NCBI GenBank assembly: GCA_963666365.2
Contig: CAXXNF010000002.1
Span: 480,001 to 544,000 of the forward strand
Origin: Syntrophales bacterium
GTDB taxonomy: Bacteria; Desulfobacterota; Syntrophia; Syntrophales; UBA2210
Length of the DNA stretch: 64,000 nt
Direction: 5' to 3'
The notes beneath the pieces were generated by a model. It was not told the DNA's origin. It made no database searches and saw nothing but the letters and a program-made list of their open reading frames with translations. Position 1 is the first letter of the stretch. Every line of letters begins with the position of its first letter. Below, in pieces: positions 27,450 to 36,519 of this stretch. The translations under genes and the position numbers were made by a program.

Positions 27450-28069
27450 GATGAAGCACTCAGTCTTTCGGAGGTAATTAACAGCGCGCCCAATCGCACC
27501 ATCTCCTCAAGCGCCTGCGCGCCGTCGCCGGGGTTGACATTGACGGCCCTGATTGCATCGGTCATGACATAGACTTCGTAGCCGGCTTTCCGCGCATCCT
27601 TCACCGAGTTCAATACGCAGTATTCGGTGGCCAGGCCGCAGATGAACAGTCGTGAAGTCCCTAAAGATTTCAAGAGTTCGTCTTCCGTCTGTCCGGAAGG
27701 ATCGCGCCCCTGCAGGGTTGAATATTGATCGTGCGCCGGATCGTTCCCCTTGGATATGATGACGGCCTTTTCCGGTACCATGAGGTTGGCGGCAAATTCG
27801 GCGCCTTTTGTATATTGCACGCAATGCGGGGGCCATGGTCCGTTTTTTTCTATAAAGGAGCTGTGATGGGCGGGATGCCAGTCTCGGGTAATAAATATAG
27901 GGAGTCCTTCACTTCTGAACAGTTCTATAACGCGATTGGTTAAAGGGATCACCTCGTCTCCGCCGGAGACGCCGAGCGCTCCTCCCGGCAGAAAGTCGTT
28001 CTGCATATCCGTGACCGACAGGGCATCCCCCTTCCGCACAAGGATTGTACTTTGAATTGTCGCCGTCAT
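27446..28069 (-). CDS. pncA: Nicotinamidase/pyrazinamidase
   Basis: DMQNDFLPGGAL, TRDWHPAHH, WPPHCVQ, GLATEYCV. Stop overlaps the pncB start. Confidence 0.92.
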   Translation of the reverse strand: MTATIQSTILVRKGDALSVTDMQNDFLPGGALGVSGGDEVIPLTNRVIELFRSEGLPIFITRDWHPAHHSSFIEKNGPWPPHCVQYTKGAEFAANLMVPEKAVIISKGNDPAHDQYSTLQGRDPSGQTEDELLKSLGTSRLFICGLATEYCVLNSVKDARKAGYEVYVMTDAIRAVNVNPGDGAQALEEMVRLGALLITSERLSASS

Positions 28070-28140
28070 GAGATTTCCTCCCGAGTATGATCGCTATATG
28101 TACCAATATTCGACTATAAATACAATGGCTGATGAAAGTG

Positions 28141-28183
28141 AAAAGGGCCTGCCGTAACGATGTGAGGTTGCGGTCAAGCCCTT
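28141..28183 (-). terminator. Intrinsic terminator downstream of the acyl-CoA dehydrogenase
   Basis: Minus strand AGGGC-TTG-ACCGCAAC-loop-GTTACGGC-AG-GCCCT followed by TTT. Confidence 0.6.
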
Positions 28184-28218
28184 CAACTGATGTTTCTCTG
28201 CAGGAGTTTTACGGGTCG

Positions 28219-30015
28219 CTATTGGGGAAACTCGTCCTCCCCCATTAACGAAAGAATCCGATCGTATCTTTTTATGGCGTCGATCTTCCCATAGACGAGA
28301 GGAAGCAGCGAACCGATGTAGAATTTGGCGGTGTTGATTTTGGCGGTATAGAAGGGAGACGTTCCACTCTTCGCCTGTGCATCACTGGCCTTCTTCGCCT
28401 GCCAGATAAACATCCAGGCCAGCACGACATCCCCGAATATTTCAAGATAGGGAGTTGCCCAGGATTGCGCAAGATAGGGGTCGTCTCCCGAAGCCTGTTC
28501 CAGGAGGAACCGGGTAATTTCCTCCAGCGCGGTGATCGATTTTTCGACTTCACCCGCGTAGGACGTCAGCTCATCCACGTTCATCGCCGCCTCGACGGCA
28601 GTTTTCATTTCCGAAAGCACGGCCTTCAATGCCGCCTGATCCTTCATTCTGATCTTTCTGCCGAAGAGATCGATGGACTGAATTCCGTTGGTACCCTCAT
28701 AAATGGAGGTGATCTTGCAGTCACGTGCGAACTGTTCGACCTTGTATTCTTTGCAATAGCCGTAGCCGCCATGGACCTGAATGGCCCGTGTACAGACCTC
28801 GAAGGCTCTGTCCGTGGAATAGGCCTTGCTGATGGGGGTCATAAGCTCCACAAGATTCTGCCATTTCGCCTTTTCGGTATCATCGGTGCTTGCCGCCTCG
28901 CGGTCCATGCAGTAAGCCGTGTAAAGAATGGCGGCCCTCAGTCCCTCGGTGTAGGCCCTCATCCACAGAAGGTTTCTTTTTACGTCGGGGTGGGTAATGA
29001 TGGGAACCTGCTCGAAGCTTTTAGAGCCGAACCTGCCTCCCTGCTTTCGTTCACGGGCGAAATCCAGTGCGTGCAGATAGGCGGCGCTTCCCTGAGAAAG
29101 ACCCTGCAATCCAACGAGAAGCCGCTGCTCGTTCATCATGTGGAACATAACCACGATGCCCTTTTGCTCCGGTCCCAGAAGCTCGCCCCTGCAGGCGCCG
29201 TTGTCGCCGAAGTTCAGGACGGCGGTGGCGGAACCCCGCAGCCCCATTTTGTGCTCGACGCCGGAGCAGACAAGATCATTGGCTTCACCCAGCGTTCCGT
29301 CGTCATTGACGCGGTATTTGGGGACAATGAAACAGGAGAGGCCCCGGGTGCCTTCGGGGGCGCCTTCTATCCTCGCCAGTACGATATGTACGATATTGTC
29401 CGTGAAATTATGATCCCCCCCGGTGATGAATATCTTTCCACCGGTAATTGAATAGGAGCCGTCGGGATTTTTTACGGCCTTTGTGCGCGCGGCGCCGACG
29501 TCGCTGCCTGCCATGGTTTCCGTCAGATCCATGGTGCCGCCGTAGGTTCCTTCATAGAGGGGTTGCATGTATGTGCGTTTCTGCTCCTCCGTGCCGTAGA
29601 GTTCGATTACCTTGGCGGCGCTGTGGGTAAGTCCCATATAGGCCGTGAGCGCCATGTTCGCCCCGAAAAAGAGCTCGTGCGATGCAAAGCTTACACAGAC
29701 CGGGGCGTTCTGCCCCCCTACCTCATAGTCGTCGGGGAGGCTCATCCAGCCGCCTTCACAATATTTCTGAAAGGGGGTCTTAAAAATTCCCGGTGCCTTT
29801 ACGATGCCGTCTTCTATGCGGCATCCGATTTCATCTCCCTCGCTGTTGGCGGGAGCGAATTCGTTCAAGGCAAGCTTTTCCGCAGTGTCTACAATCATTT
29901 CGAAGGTTTCCCTCGAGTGATCCTGGAACTTTTCCGTCGTGCACAGATCTTCGATGCCCAACTGCTCGTAGAGGACAAATCGCATGTCACGAACATCAAC
30001 TGTTTTGTTTTCCAT
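28219..30015 (-). CDS. Acyl-CoA dehydrogenase (long, about 600-aa class)
   Basis: TMDLTE..AGSDVG, GGKIFITGG, EHKMG, AIQVHGGYGY, IYEGTNGIQ. Confidence 0.93.
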   Translation of the reverse strand: MENKTVDVRDMRFVLYEQLGIEDLCTTEKFQDHSRETFEMIVDTAEKLALNEFAPANSEGDEIGCRIEDGIVKAPGIFKTPFQKYCEGGWMSLPDDYEVGGQNAPVCVSFASHELFFGANMALTAYMGLTHSAAKVIELYGTEEQKRTYMQPLYEGTYGGTMDLTETMAGSDVGAARTKAVKNPDGSYSITGGKIFITGGDHNFTDNIVHIVLARIEGAPEGTRGLSCFIVPKYRVNDDGTLGEANDLVCSGVEHKMGLRGSATAVLNFGDNGACRGELLGPEQKGIVVMFHMMNEQRLLVGLQGLSQGSAAYLHALDFARERKQGGRFGSKSFEQVPIITHPDVKRNLLWMRAYTEGLRAAILYTAYCMDREAASTDDTEKAKWQNLVELMTPISKAYSTDRAFEVCTRAIQVHGGYGYCKEYKVEQFARDCKITSIYEGTNGIQSIDLFGRKIRMKDQAALKAVLSEMKTAVEAAMNVDELTSYAGEVEKSITALEEITRFLLEQASGDDPYLAQSWATPYLEIFGDVVLAWMFIWQAKKASDAQAKSGTSPFYTAKINTAKFYIGSLLPLVYGKIDAIKRYDRILSLMGEDEFPQ

Positions 30016-30084
30016 TAGCCTTCTCTCTCCTTCACTAAAAATTCAGGAGAGAACTATATACAATTATTTATAAAAATAAAACCT

Positions 30085-31695
30085 CTATTCAAACACCTTT
30101 TTTAAATCATTTTTAAGGATTTTACCGGTGGGATTGCGGGGAAACTCCGTCATGAATTCGACGAACTCCGGCACCTTGTATTTGGCAAGCCGTTCTTTCA
30201 GATACTCCTTGACCTCGTCGGCGGTCATGGAGCCCGGCTCCTTCAGGATGATACAGGCGCGTACCCGTTCTCCGAGTGCGGGATCGGGGGCGCCGATCAC
30301 CGCGACATCGGCGATCTTCGGGTGACCTTCGAGAGGAATTTCAATTTCCCGGGGATAGATGTTTTCGCCGCCCCGATTGATCATTTCTTTCTTGCGGCCC
30401 GATATGTACAGATATCCCCGTTCATCCATGTAGCCCATGTCGCCGGTATGCAGCCATCCATCCCTGACGGCTTCGGCAGTGGCTTCGGGTTTGTTCAGGT
30501 AGCCGATCATTACCGCATCGCCCCTGATGCATATCTCGCCCTTGTCGCCGTAAGGAAGAATGGTGTTGTCGTCGTCCATGATTTCCACTTCAAGGCTGGG
30601 GTAGGGGACGCCGATTGATGCCCTGTTTTCCGGAGTGTTGATGCTGGAGCTGGTGACGCCCGTCGCCTCGGTAAGACCGTAGCCGTCCACCACTTCCACA
30701 TTGAATTTTTCCTTGAACCCGTCGATCAATTCAGGCGGCATCGGTGCGGCGCCCGAGAAGGCGTAGCGGAGTTTCAGTCTGCCGTAATCGATGGTTGCAG
30801 GGTCGGCGGCATTGTAAATATAGGCGTACATAGCGGGAACGCCCTGCACGATAGTTACTCCGTACTTGACAATGGACGGCCAGAAATCGGAGGGCGAGAA
30901 GGTGCGTCTGATGCACAGGGTCAACCCCATATAGAGAACCGGATAGGTGTAGACACACAGCGGGTTTGTATGAAACATGGGCAGGATAATCAGAAAGATG
31001 TCGCCGGGTCTGCTGACGCCCATTCTTCCTCTGTCCTTGCAGATGGTAAGCTGATTTTTATTGGAAAGCAATATCCCCTTGGGCATGCCGGTCGTTCCCG
31101 ACGAATAGAGCAGAAGAAAGGGATCTTCCGGTAACTGAGGGACGAGGCACTCATCGGCGGGGTACCCTGCGAGTATTTTCTTGAGCGTGCCCGAGGCGAT
31201 GTCGGCGTCGTGCGCCACCTCGGTAACCACCTCGATTACAAGTGGTTTATGGGATGAGAGGTGCCATCCCCTTGCGAACTCGGTCATGTACTCACTGCCG
31301 ACGAAGGCGACCTTCGGTTTCGAATCTTCGAGAACGTAGGCGATCTCCGGTCCTTTCAGCATGTAATTGATGGCGCCGGCAACGGCGCCGAGTTTCTGCG
31401 CCCCGAACATGGTGTAATAGATGTCGGGCGAGTTTAACACCATCACCGAGACGAAATCCCCCTTGGCAACCCCCTTTTCCTTGAGAAAGTTGGCCACCCT
31501 GTTCGCACGTTCATTCACCTGGGCGTAGGTGACAACCTCGTCGTAGTACAGTACATAGGTTTCTTCGGGGATCTCCTGCGCCCTGCACGTCAGCATCTCC
31601 GCGATGCTGGCGAATTCAAGGCGCTTTCCCTTCAGGACCTCCATTTCAGTCAGTTCAACGATTTTACGCACGTAACGCCTGCTCTTGTCTATCAT
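30085..31695 (-). CDS. Acyl-CoA synthetase (AMP-binding, long-chain fatty acid--CoA ligase family)
   Basis: YSSGTTGMPKG, GYGLTE, WLHTGD, GRKKEMINRGGENIYP, PTGKILK. Confidence 0.93.
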   Translation of the reverse strand: MIDKSRRYVRKIVELTEMEVLKGKRLEFASIAEMLTCRAQEIPEETYVLYYDEVVTYAQVNERANRVANFLKEKGVAKGDFVSVMVLNSPDIYYTMFGAQKLGAVAGAINYMLKGPEIAYVLEDSKPKVAFVGSEYMTEFARGWHLSSHKPLVIEVVTEVAHDADIASGTLKKILAGYPADECLVPQLPEDPFLLLYSSGTTGMPKGILLSNKNQLTICKDRGRMGVSRPGDIFLIILPMFHTNPLCVYTYPVLYMGLTLCIRRTFSPSDFWPSIVKYGVTIVQGVPAMYAYIYNAADPATIDYGRLKLRYAFSGAAPMPPELIDGFKEKFNVEVVDGYGLTEATGVTSSSINTPENRASIGVPYPSLEVEIMDDDNTILPYGDKGEICIRGDAVMIGYLNKPEATAEAVRDGWLHTGDMGYMDERGYLYISGRKKEMINRGGENIYPREIEIPLEGHPKIADVAVIGAPDPALGERVRACIILKEPGSMTADEVKEYLKERLAKYKVPEFVEFMTEFPRNPTGKILKNDLKKVFE

Positions 31696-31924
31696 ATCTC
31701 TCCCTCCGCATATTCGGGTTGCCGCTGCAACTACCCTGCACTACACGCCCTGTATCACAGTATGGATTCTTTGGAAATAGGGGGAAATAACGGGTAAAAA
31801 TGCAGTTGCTTCCCCATAGTGACTTCAGAGAACCCCGGAATTGAGGCGGAAACGTTTTTTTCAGAGAGACCGGTGGGAAACACAGTGTCTGCTGTGCCCG
31901 CCGTTACGGGAGTGCAATGAATTG

Positions 31925-33100
31925 TTATGACGTTGAGTGGGCGGCGGCACAGGTCTGAATTCGTTGCAGTGCTTCCTCAAGGAGAGTGCGTCTGCAGCCG
32001 AAGTTCAGTCTGACAAAGCCTTCGCCGTCGAAGGGTGTTCCGTCGAAGAGCCCGACGCCTGCATTTTCAAAGGTCGCGGCAGGGGTGGCGATGCCTGATT
32101 CCCTTGTATCTATCCACGCAAGGTAGGTGGCTTCCACGTGATTCGTGGAAAGTCCCGGGATGGTTTCGATGGCACGTTCCACGAGATCCCTGTTTGTCCT
32201 GAGATAGGTAAGAAGCGCCGAATGCCATGCGCTGCAGTCGCGGTATGCGGCAAGGGCAGCCGTCAATCCCAGTGCGTTTACATGCGGCACGATGCCGTTC
32301 ATTTCACGGCTGAAGTTCCGTCGAAGTGCGGTGTCGGGGATAATGGCGAAGGAACAGCCCAGACCGGGGAGATTAAAAGTCTTGCTTGGCGCCATCAGGG
32401 TAATGGTGCGCATGGCTGTCCGGGGATCAAGGGTTGCCGTGGGGATGTGGCGTTTATCCCTGTCGAGGAGAAGTTCGCAGTGGATTTCATCAGAGCATAT
32501 CACCAGGTCGTACCGTTCGCAGATGTCAGCCAGTGTGGAAAGTTCTTCTTTCCCGAAGATCCTTCCCGTCGGGTTATGCGGGTTGCATAGGAGGAGGAGT
32601 CGAGTTCCGGACGTGATGGCATGTTCCAGGCGATCGAAGTCAATCACCCAGGTTCCTTCTTTCTTGTCGAGAGGAACCGTGATGCATTCCCTCGATGCGT
32701 TTCGCGGCGCCGTCAAAAATGGGGGATAGACCGGCACCATGGTCAATACCGCATCGCCGGCGCTTCCCACTGCTCGGCAGGCCACATTGAGGCCTGCGAC
32801 AAGACCGGGGAGCCATACAATCCATTCCGGCTCAATCTTCCATGCATACCGGCGTGCCATTCTTTCGATTACGACTTCGGTCAGTGCAGGAGGTACCAGC
32901 GAGTACCCGAAAACTCCGTGGTCCACCTGTGTGCGCAGGGCATTGGCGATCGGCGGTGCGACGGGGAAATCCATGTCGGCGACCCAGAGAGGGATAACAT
33001 CTCTTCCCTGGTAAATATCCCACTTCAAGCTGTGAGTGCCCCGCCTTTCGACGGGGCGGTCAAAATCAAATTGTATTTCATTAATGGTGCTCTTTGTCAA
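31925..33100 (-). CDS. patB: PLP-dependent C-S lyase, MalY/PatB family (cystathionine beta-lyase)
   Basis: LWVADMDF, LCNPHNPTG, SDEIH, APSKTFN, TYLAWID, RLNFG. TTG start after GAGGAGG. Confidence 0.88.
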   Translation of the reverse strand: MTKSTINEIQFDFDRPVERRGTHSLKWDIYQGRDVIPLWVADMDFPVAPPIANALRTQVDHGVFGYSLVPPALTEVVIERMARRYAWKIEPEWIVWLPGLVAGLNVACRAVGSAGDAVLTMVPVYPPFLTAPRNASRECITVPLDKKEGTWVIDFDRLEHAITSGTRLLLLCNPHNPTGRIFGKEELSTLADICERYDLVICSDEIHCELLLDRDKRHIPTATLDPRTAMRTITLMAPSKTFNLPGLGCSFAIIPDTALRRNFSREMNGIVPHVNALGLTAALAAYRDCSAWHSALLTYLRTNRDLVERAIETIPGLSTNHVEATYLAWIDTRESGIATPAATFENAGVGLFDGTPFDGEGFVRLNFGCRRTLLEEALQRIQTCAAAHSTS

Positions 33101-33336
33101 AAATTGTTCCTCCTCTGCGAATTCTCAATCTAACGCAGGAAAAGTGGTAGTGCAAGCAGCATTTCGGCCGCAAAAGGGTTCTAAGCATTGGACAAATAAC
33201 CTGTTTTTATTTTTATTCCAATATGTGATAATAAGAACCGGCCTTCAAAAGGGCGGGTTCAGTGCCGGAGATGCGTTTTTTTGTCCTGCGCACATGATAG
33301 GCGATACTACGATTGAGAAGGAAAAGGGAGTGTTAG

Positions 33337-33645
33337 ATGAGTCTTAAAAAAAAATACCTGACAACAAGAAACACCTGTAAGGTTACCTTTCGATTGGCGA
33401 AGGAAGCGGCGGAAAAGGCGGAGACGGTAAATCTTGTCGGCGATTTCAATGATTGGGATCAGAAAGCCCATTCAATGAAGCGATTGAAAAGCGGCGATTT
33501 TACTATTACCATCGATCTCGATTCGGGAAGGGCGTACGAATTCCGCTATCTGATTAATGGGGAAAGGTGGGAAAATGACTGGTCGGCCGACAGGTACAAC
33601 CCCAGCCAGTATTCCTACTGCGATAACTCGGTAGTGGAAACCTGA
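33337..33645 (+). CDS. Stand-alone isoamylase early-set / CBM48-like glycogen-binding domain protein
   Basis: CKVTF, VNLVGDFNDW, MKRLKSGDF, YEFRYLI.G.RWEND..AD.Y. Confidence 0.85.
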   Translation: MSLKKKYLTTRNTCKVTFRLAKEAAEKAETVNLVGDFNDWDQKAHSMKRLKSGDFTITIDLDSGRAYEFRYLINGERWENDWSADRYNPSQYSYCDNSVVET

Positions 33646-33844
33646 GCGCATGATGACAGGAACGCCGAACGGGTGAAATGGCACCAAAATGTAGTGACCT
33701 TTTGCAATTTCTACAGTTATGTAGCAATCAAAAAATGTACATCTGTTCCCTGTGGCTGCGTACACATGTGCCTACGCAGTGTAATATTAAGAAATAACGT
33801 ACAATTTAGCGTGTTGATCCTACGGACCGTGATAAAAAATATTT

Positions 33845-33861
33845 TCGGCACGCTAATTGCT
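33845..33861 (+). promoter_or_regulatory. Sigma54 (-24/-12) promoter upstream of glutamine synthetase
   Basis: TCGGCACGCTAATTGCT: GG (33847-48), N10, GC (33859-60), matching TGGCACG-N4-TTGCW. Confidence 0.8.
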
Positions 33862-33928
33862 GTCTCGACTTTTAAACGAGAACCGTTGACATACGCACCA
33901 ACAGGAAGGAAAAGGAGGCAGGAATATT

Positions 33929-36112
33929 ATGGACGGTAATAAAGCACGATTACAGGCGGTGACAGCTCTCGCCGAACCCTGTAAGCTTGAAAGAAAATTC
34001 GACTTTATCGGCGATTCAGCCCAGGAGCTTTTCGGATCGAATGTCTTCAGTTTGAGAGTTATGAAGACCTGTCTTCCAAAAGCCGTATTTAAATCGCTCA
34101 AGGAAACCATTGAAACAGGCAGGCCGCTCGACGAAAGCATCGCCGATGTAGTGGCGGCCGCAATGAAGGATTGGGCAATTTCCAAAGGCGCCACTCATTT
34201 TACCCATGTGTTCTATCCGTTGACCGGTTTGACCGCGGAAAAACATGATTCCTTTCTCATTCCGGACGGTGAGGGGGGGGCGATTACCGAGTTTACGGGA
34301 AAATCCCTTATCCAGGGGGAGCCGGATGCCTCCAGTTTTCCCTCGGGAGGCATTCGCACCACCTTTGAGGCCCGTGGCTACACTGCCTGGGATGTGACAA
34401 GTCCCGCCTACATTATGGAAAATTACAATGGATCGACCCTCTGTATCCCCACCGCCTTCATTTCATGGACCGGCGAGGCCCTTGATAAAAAGACGCCCCT
34501 GCTGCGCTCCATGCAGGCACTGGACAAAGAGGCGAGAAGGGTATTGAAGCTTTTCGGACACGAAAGTATCTCAAAGGTCACTACCTATGCAGGGTGCGAG
34601 CAGGAATATTTTCTGATTGATCGAAAGTTTTATAATGCCCGCCCCGACGTGATGCTTGCCGGGCGCACGCTCTTCGGGGCGCCGTCGCCGAAGGGTCAGG
34701 AGTTTGACGATCACTATTTCGGGGCCATAAATGAACGTGTGCAAGGCTTTATGATGGAGGTGGACCGGGAGCTTTTTAAACTGGGCATTCCTTCACGGAC
34801 ACGACATAACGAGGTGGCGCCGGGGCAGTTTGAAATTGCGCCTCTTCACGAACCGGCAAACCTGGCGGCGGACCATCAGCAGATGACGATGACCATTCTG
34901 AAAAAGGTGGCCGAGAGAAACGGCCTTGCCTGTTTGCTCCATGAGAAACCCTTTGCCGGCATCAACGGTTCCGGAAAACATCTTAATTTTTCAATCGGAA
35001 ATACAACGCAGGGGAATCTCTTCGATCCCGGAACCACGCCGCATGAGAATGCGCAGTTTCTTGTATTCTGCGCGGCGGTCATTAGGGCGGTACATCTGAA
35101 CGCACCACTCCTTCGGGCCGTGGTGGCTTCAGCGGGAAATGACCACAGGCTGGGCGCCAATGAAGCGCCGCCGGCGATCATGTCCATCTTTCTGGGTGAC
35201 GAGTTGGCAGGCATATTCGAGCAGATTCTTAAAAATGAAAAAAAATCATCCAGGGCAAACGGCGTCATCAATGTCGGTGTTGACACGCTGCCGGCTATTC
35301 CCCGCGATGCCGGTGACAGAAACCGCACGAGTCCCTTTGCCTTTACAGGCAATCGTTTCGAGTTTCGTGCCGTCGGTTCGAACCAATCGGTGAATGGACC
35401 TCTGGTTGCTTTGAACACGATACTGGCCGATTCACTGGACTACATCGCCACGTCACTGGAAAATACGATAAAGGGCGATCCGAAGAAATTCAACGATGCA
35501 GTGCAGGCGATCGTCAAGGAAATTATGCAAAAGCACAGTGCGGTCATTTTCAACGGAGACGGCTATACAGAAGAATGGCAAAAGGAAGCGGCAACCCGCG
35601 GTTTGCCCAACATGAAAACGACCGTTGACGCGCTTCCGGCAATCACCGCCCGCGATGTTGTCGCTATGTTCGAAAAGCATAAGGTGCTTTCATCGGTGGA
35701 ACTGGAAAGCCGGGAAGAAGTGTACTTCGAGCAGTATTGCCTTTCCGTGAAGGTAGAGGCAAACCTGACTGCAAAGATCGCCAAAACCATTATATTTCCT
35801 GCAGCGATCAGGTATCAAAGCGAGCTTGCCAAAACCTGTGCCGATCTGAAGGCTGTGGGGTATAGCTTTGATACGAATACGCTCGACAGGGTAACCGGTC
35901 TGGTGAAGAAGCTTCAGGACGGCATTGCCGCGCTGGAAGACGCGCTTGCCAGAAGAGGTGGAAAATCAATCAGTGCACAGGCTAAATACTACAGAGACAA
36001 AGTGATTCCGGCCATGAACGAAGTGAGAAGAGCCGCCGATATTATGGAAGGGGTTGTGGCCGACGACCTCTGGGCGTTGCCCATGTACTTTGAGATGTTG
36101 TTTATCAGGTAG
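33929..36112 (+). CDS. glnA: Glutamine synthetase type III
   Basis: 727 aa. [81 protein letters not shown]. Confidence 0.95.
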   Translation: MDGNKARLQAVTALAEPCKLERKFDFIGDSAQELFGSNVFSLRVMKTCLPKAVFKSLKETIETGRPLDESIADVVAAAMKDWAISKGATHFTHVFYPLTGLTAEKHDSFLIPDGEGGAITEFTGKSLIQGEPDASSFPSGGIRTTFEARGYTAWDVTSPAYIMENYNGSTLCIPTAFISWTGEALDKKTPLLRSMQALDKEARRVLKLFGHESISKVTTYAGCEQEYFLIDRKFYNARPDVMLAGRTLFGAPSPKGQEFDDHYFGAINERVQGFMMEVDRELFKLGIPSRTRHNEVAPGQFEIAPLHEPANLAADHQQMTMTILKKVAERNGLACLLHEKPFAGINGSGKHLNFSIGNTTQGNLFDPGTTPHENAQFLVFCAAVIRAVHLNAPLLRAVVASAGNDHRLGANEAPPAIMSIFLGDELAGIFEQILKNEKKSSRANGVINVGVDTLPAIPRDAGDRNRTSPFAFTGNRFEFRAVGSNQSVNGPLVALNTILADSLDYIATSLENTIKGDPKKFNDAVQAIVKEIMQKHSAVIFNGDGYTEEWQKEAATRGLPNMKTTVDALPAITARDVVAMFEKHKVLSSVELESREEVYFEQYCLSVKVEANLTAKIAKTIIFPAAIRYQSELAKTCADLKAVGYSFDTNTLDRVTGLVKKLQDGIAALEDALARRGGKSISAQAKYYRDKVIPAMNEVRRAADIMEGVVADDLWALPMYFEMLFIR

Positions 36113-36169
36113 GAACAATGTGAGCAATTGTCTGGTTGCAGAGAATAGTCACATTCAAAGTGAAAAAAC

Positions 36170-36199
36170 TTGACATAAATCTGAGATTTGAAGTATAGA
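36170..36199 (+). promoter_or_regulatory. Candidate sigma70 promoter of the trp leader
   Basis: TTGACA (36170-36175), 18-nt spacer, TATAGA (36194-36199), about 27 nt before the leader ATG. Confidence 0.5.
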
Positions 36200-36225
36200 G
36201 ATGCACATATCTGAAGGGAAGAGAA

Positions 36226-36324
36226 ATGCGGGACGTGAAGTACACTCTCTATCGCAAATTGAATAGGCAACTCTGGTGGTGGACCAACATAGCAGTGTCT
36301 GCCGGCGCACCTTCCCACTTTTAG
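36226..36324 (+). CDS. trpL: trp operon leader peptide (32 aa, three consecutive Trp)
   Basis: Manual translation MRDVKYTLYRKLNRQLWWWTNIAVSAGAPSHF*, with TGGTGGTGG at 36274-36282. Purine-rich RBS (AAGGGAAGAG). Directly upstream of terminators and trpB. Confidence 0.85.
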   Translation: MRDVKYTLYRKLNRQLWWWTNIAVSAGAPSHF

Positions 36325-36350
36325 TAATTGCAGTACCATACATAATAATA

Positions 36351-36390
36351 AAGGGACCGTAGGCAGCACCATTGCCCTCGGTCCTTTTTT
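36351..36390 (+). terminator. Attenuator terminator 1 of the trp leader
   Basis: GGACCG..GGCAG-CACCA-TTGCC..CGGTCC hairpin followed by T6 (36385-36390). Confidence 0.8.
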
Positions 36391-36395
36391 CGTAG

Positions 36396-36434
36396 AAAAA
36401 GGGGCCTGGAGAAATCCATGCCCCCTTTTTTTTT
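36396..36434 (+). terminator. Attenuator terminator 2 of the trp leader
   Basis: GGGGC-C-TGGA-GAAA-TCCA-T-GCCCC hairpin (GNRA loop) followed by C and T9 (36426-36434). Confidence 0.82.
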
Positions 36435-36519
36435 ACTGCGGTTGAAAATATCAGGCAGTATGTAATGCTCGCATGTGAAGGTTTGAGTCGTGCGTGCGAG
36501 ACAACATGGAGGATGACAT

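Noticed and set aside
28096..28120. NrtR-type operator upstream of pncA
   Set aside because: Only one half-site (CGACTATAA) fits; the GT-N7-AC symmetry is absent.
28465..29451. 328-aa plus-strand ORF
   Set aside because: Antisense to the acyl-CoA dehydrogenase.
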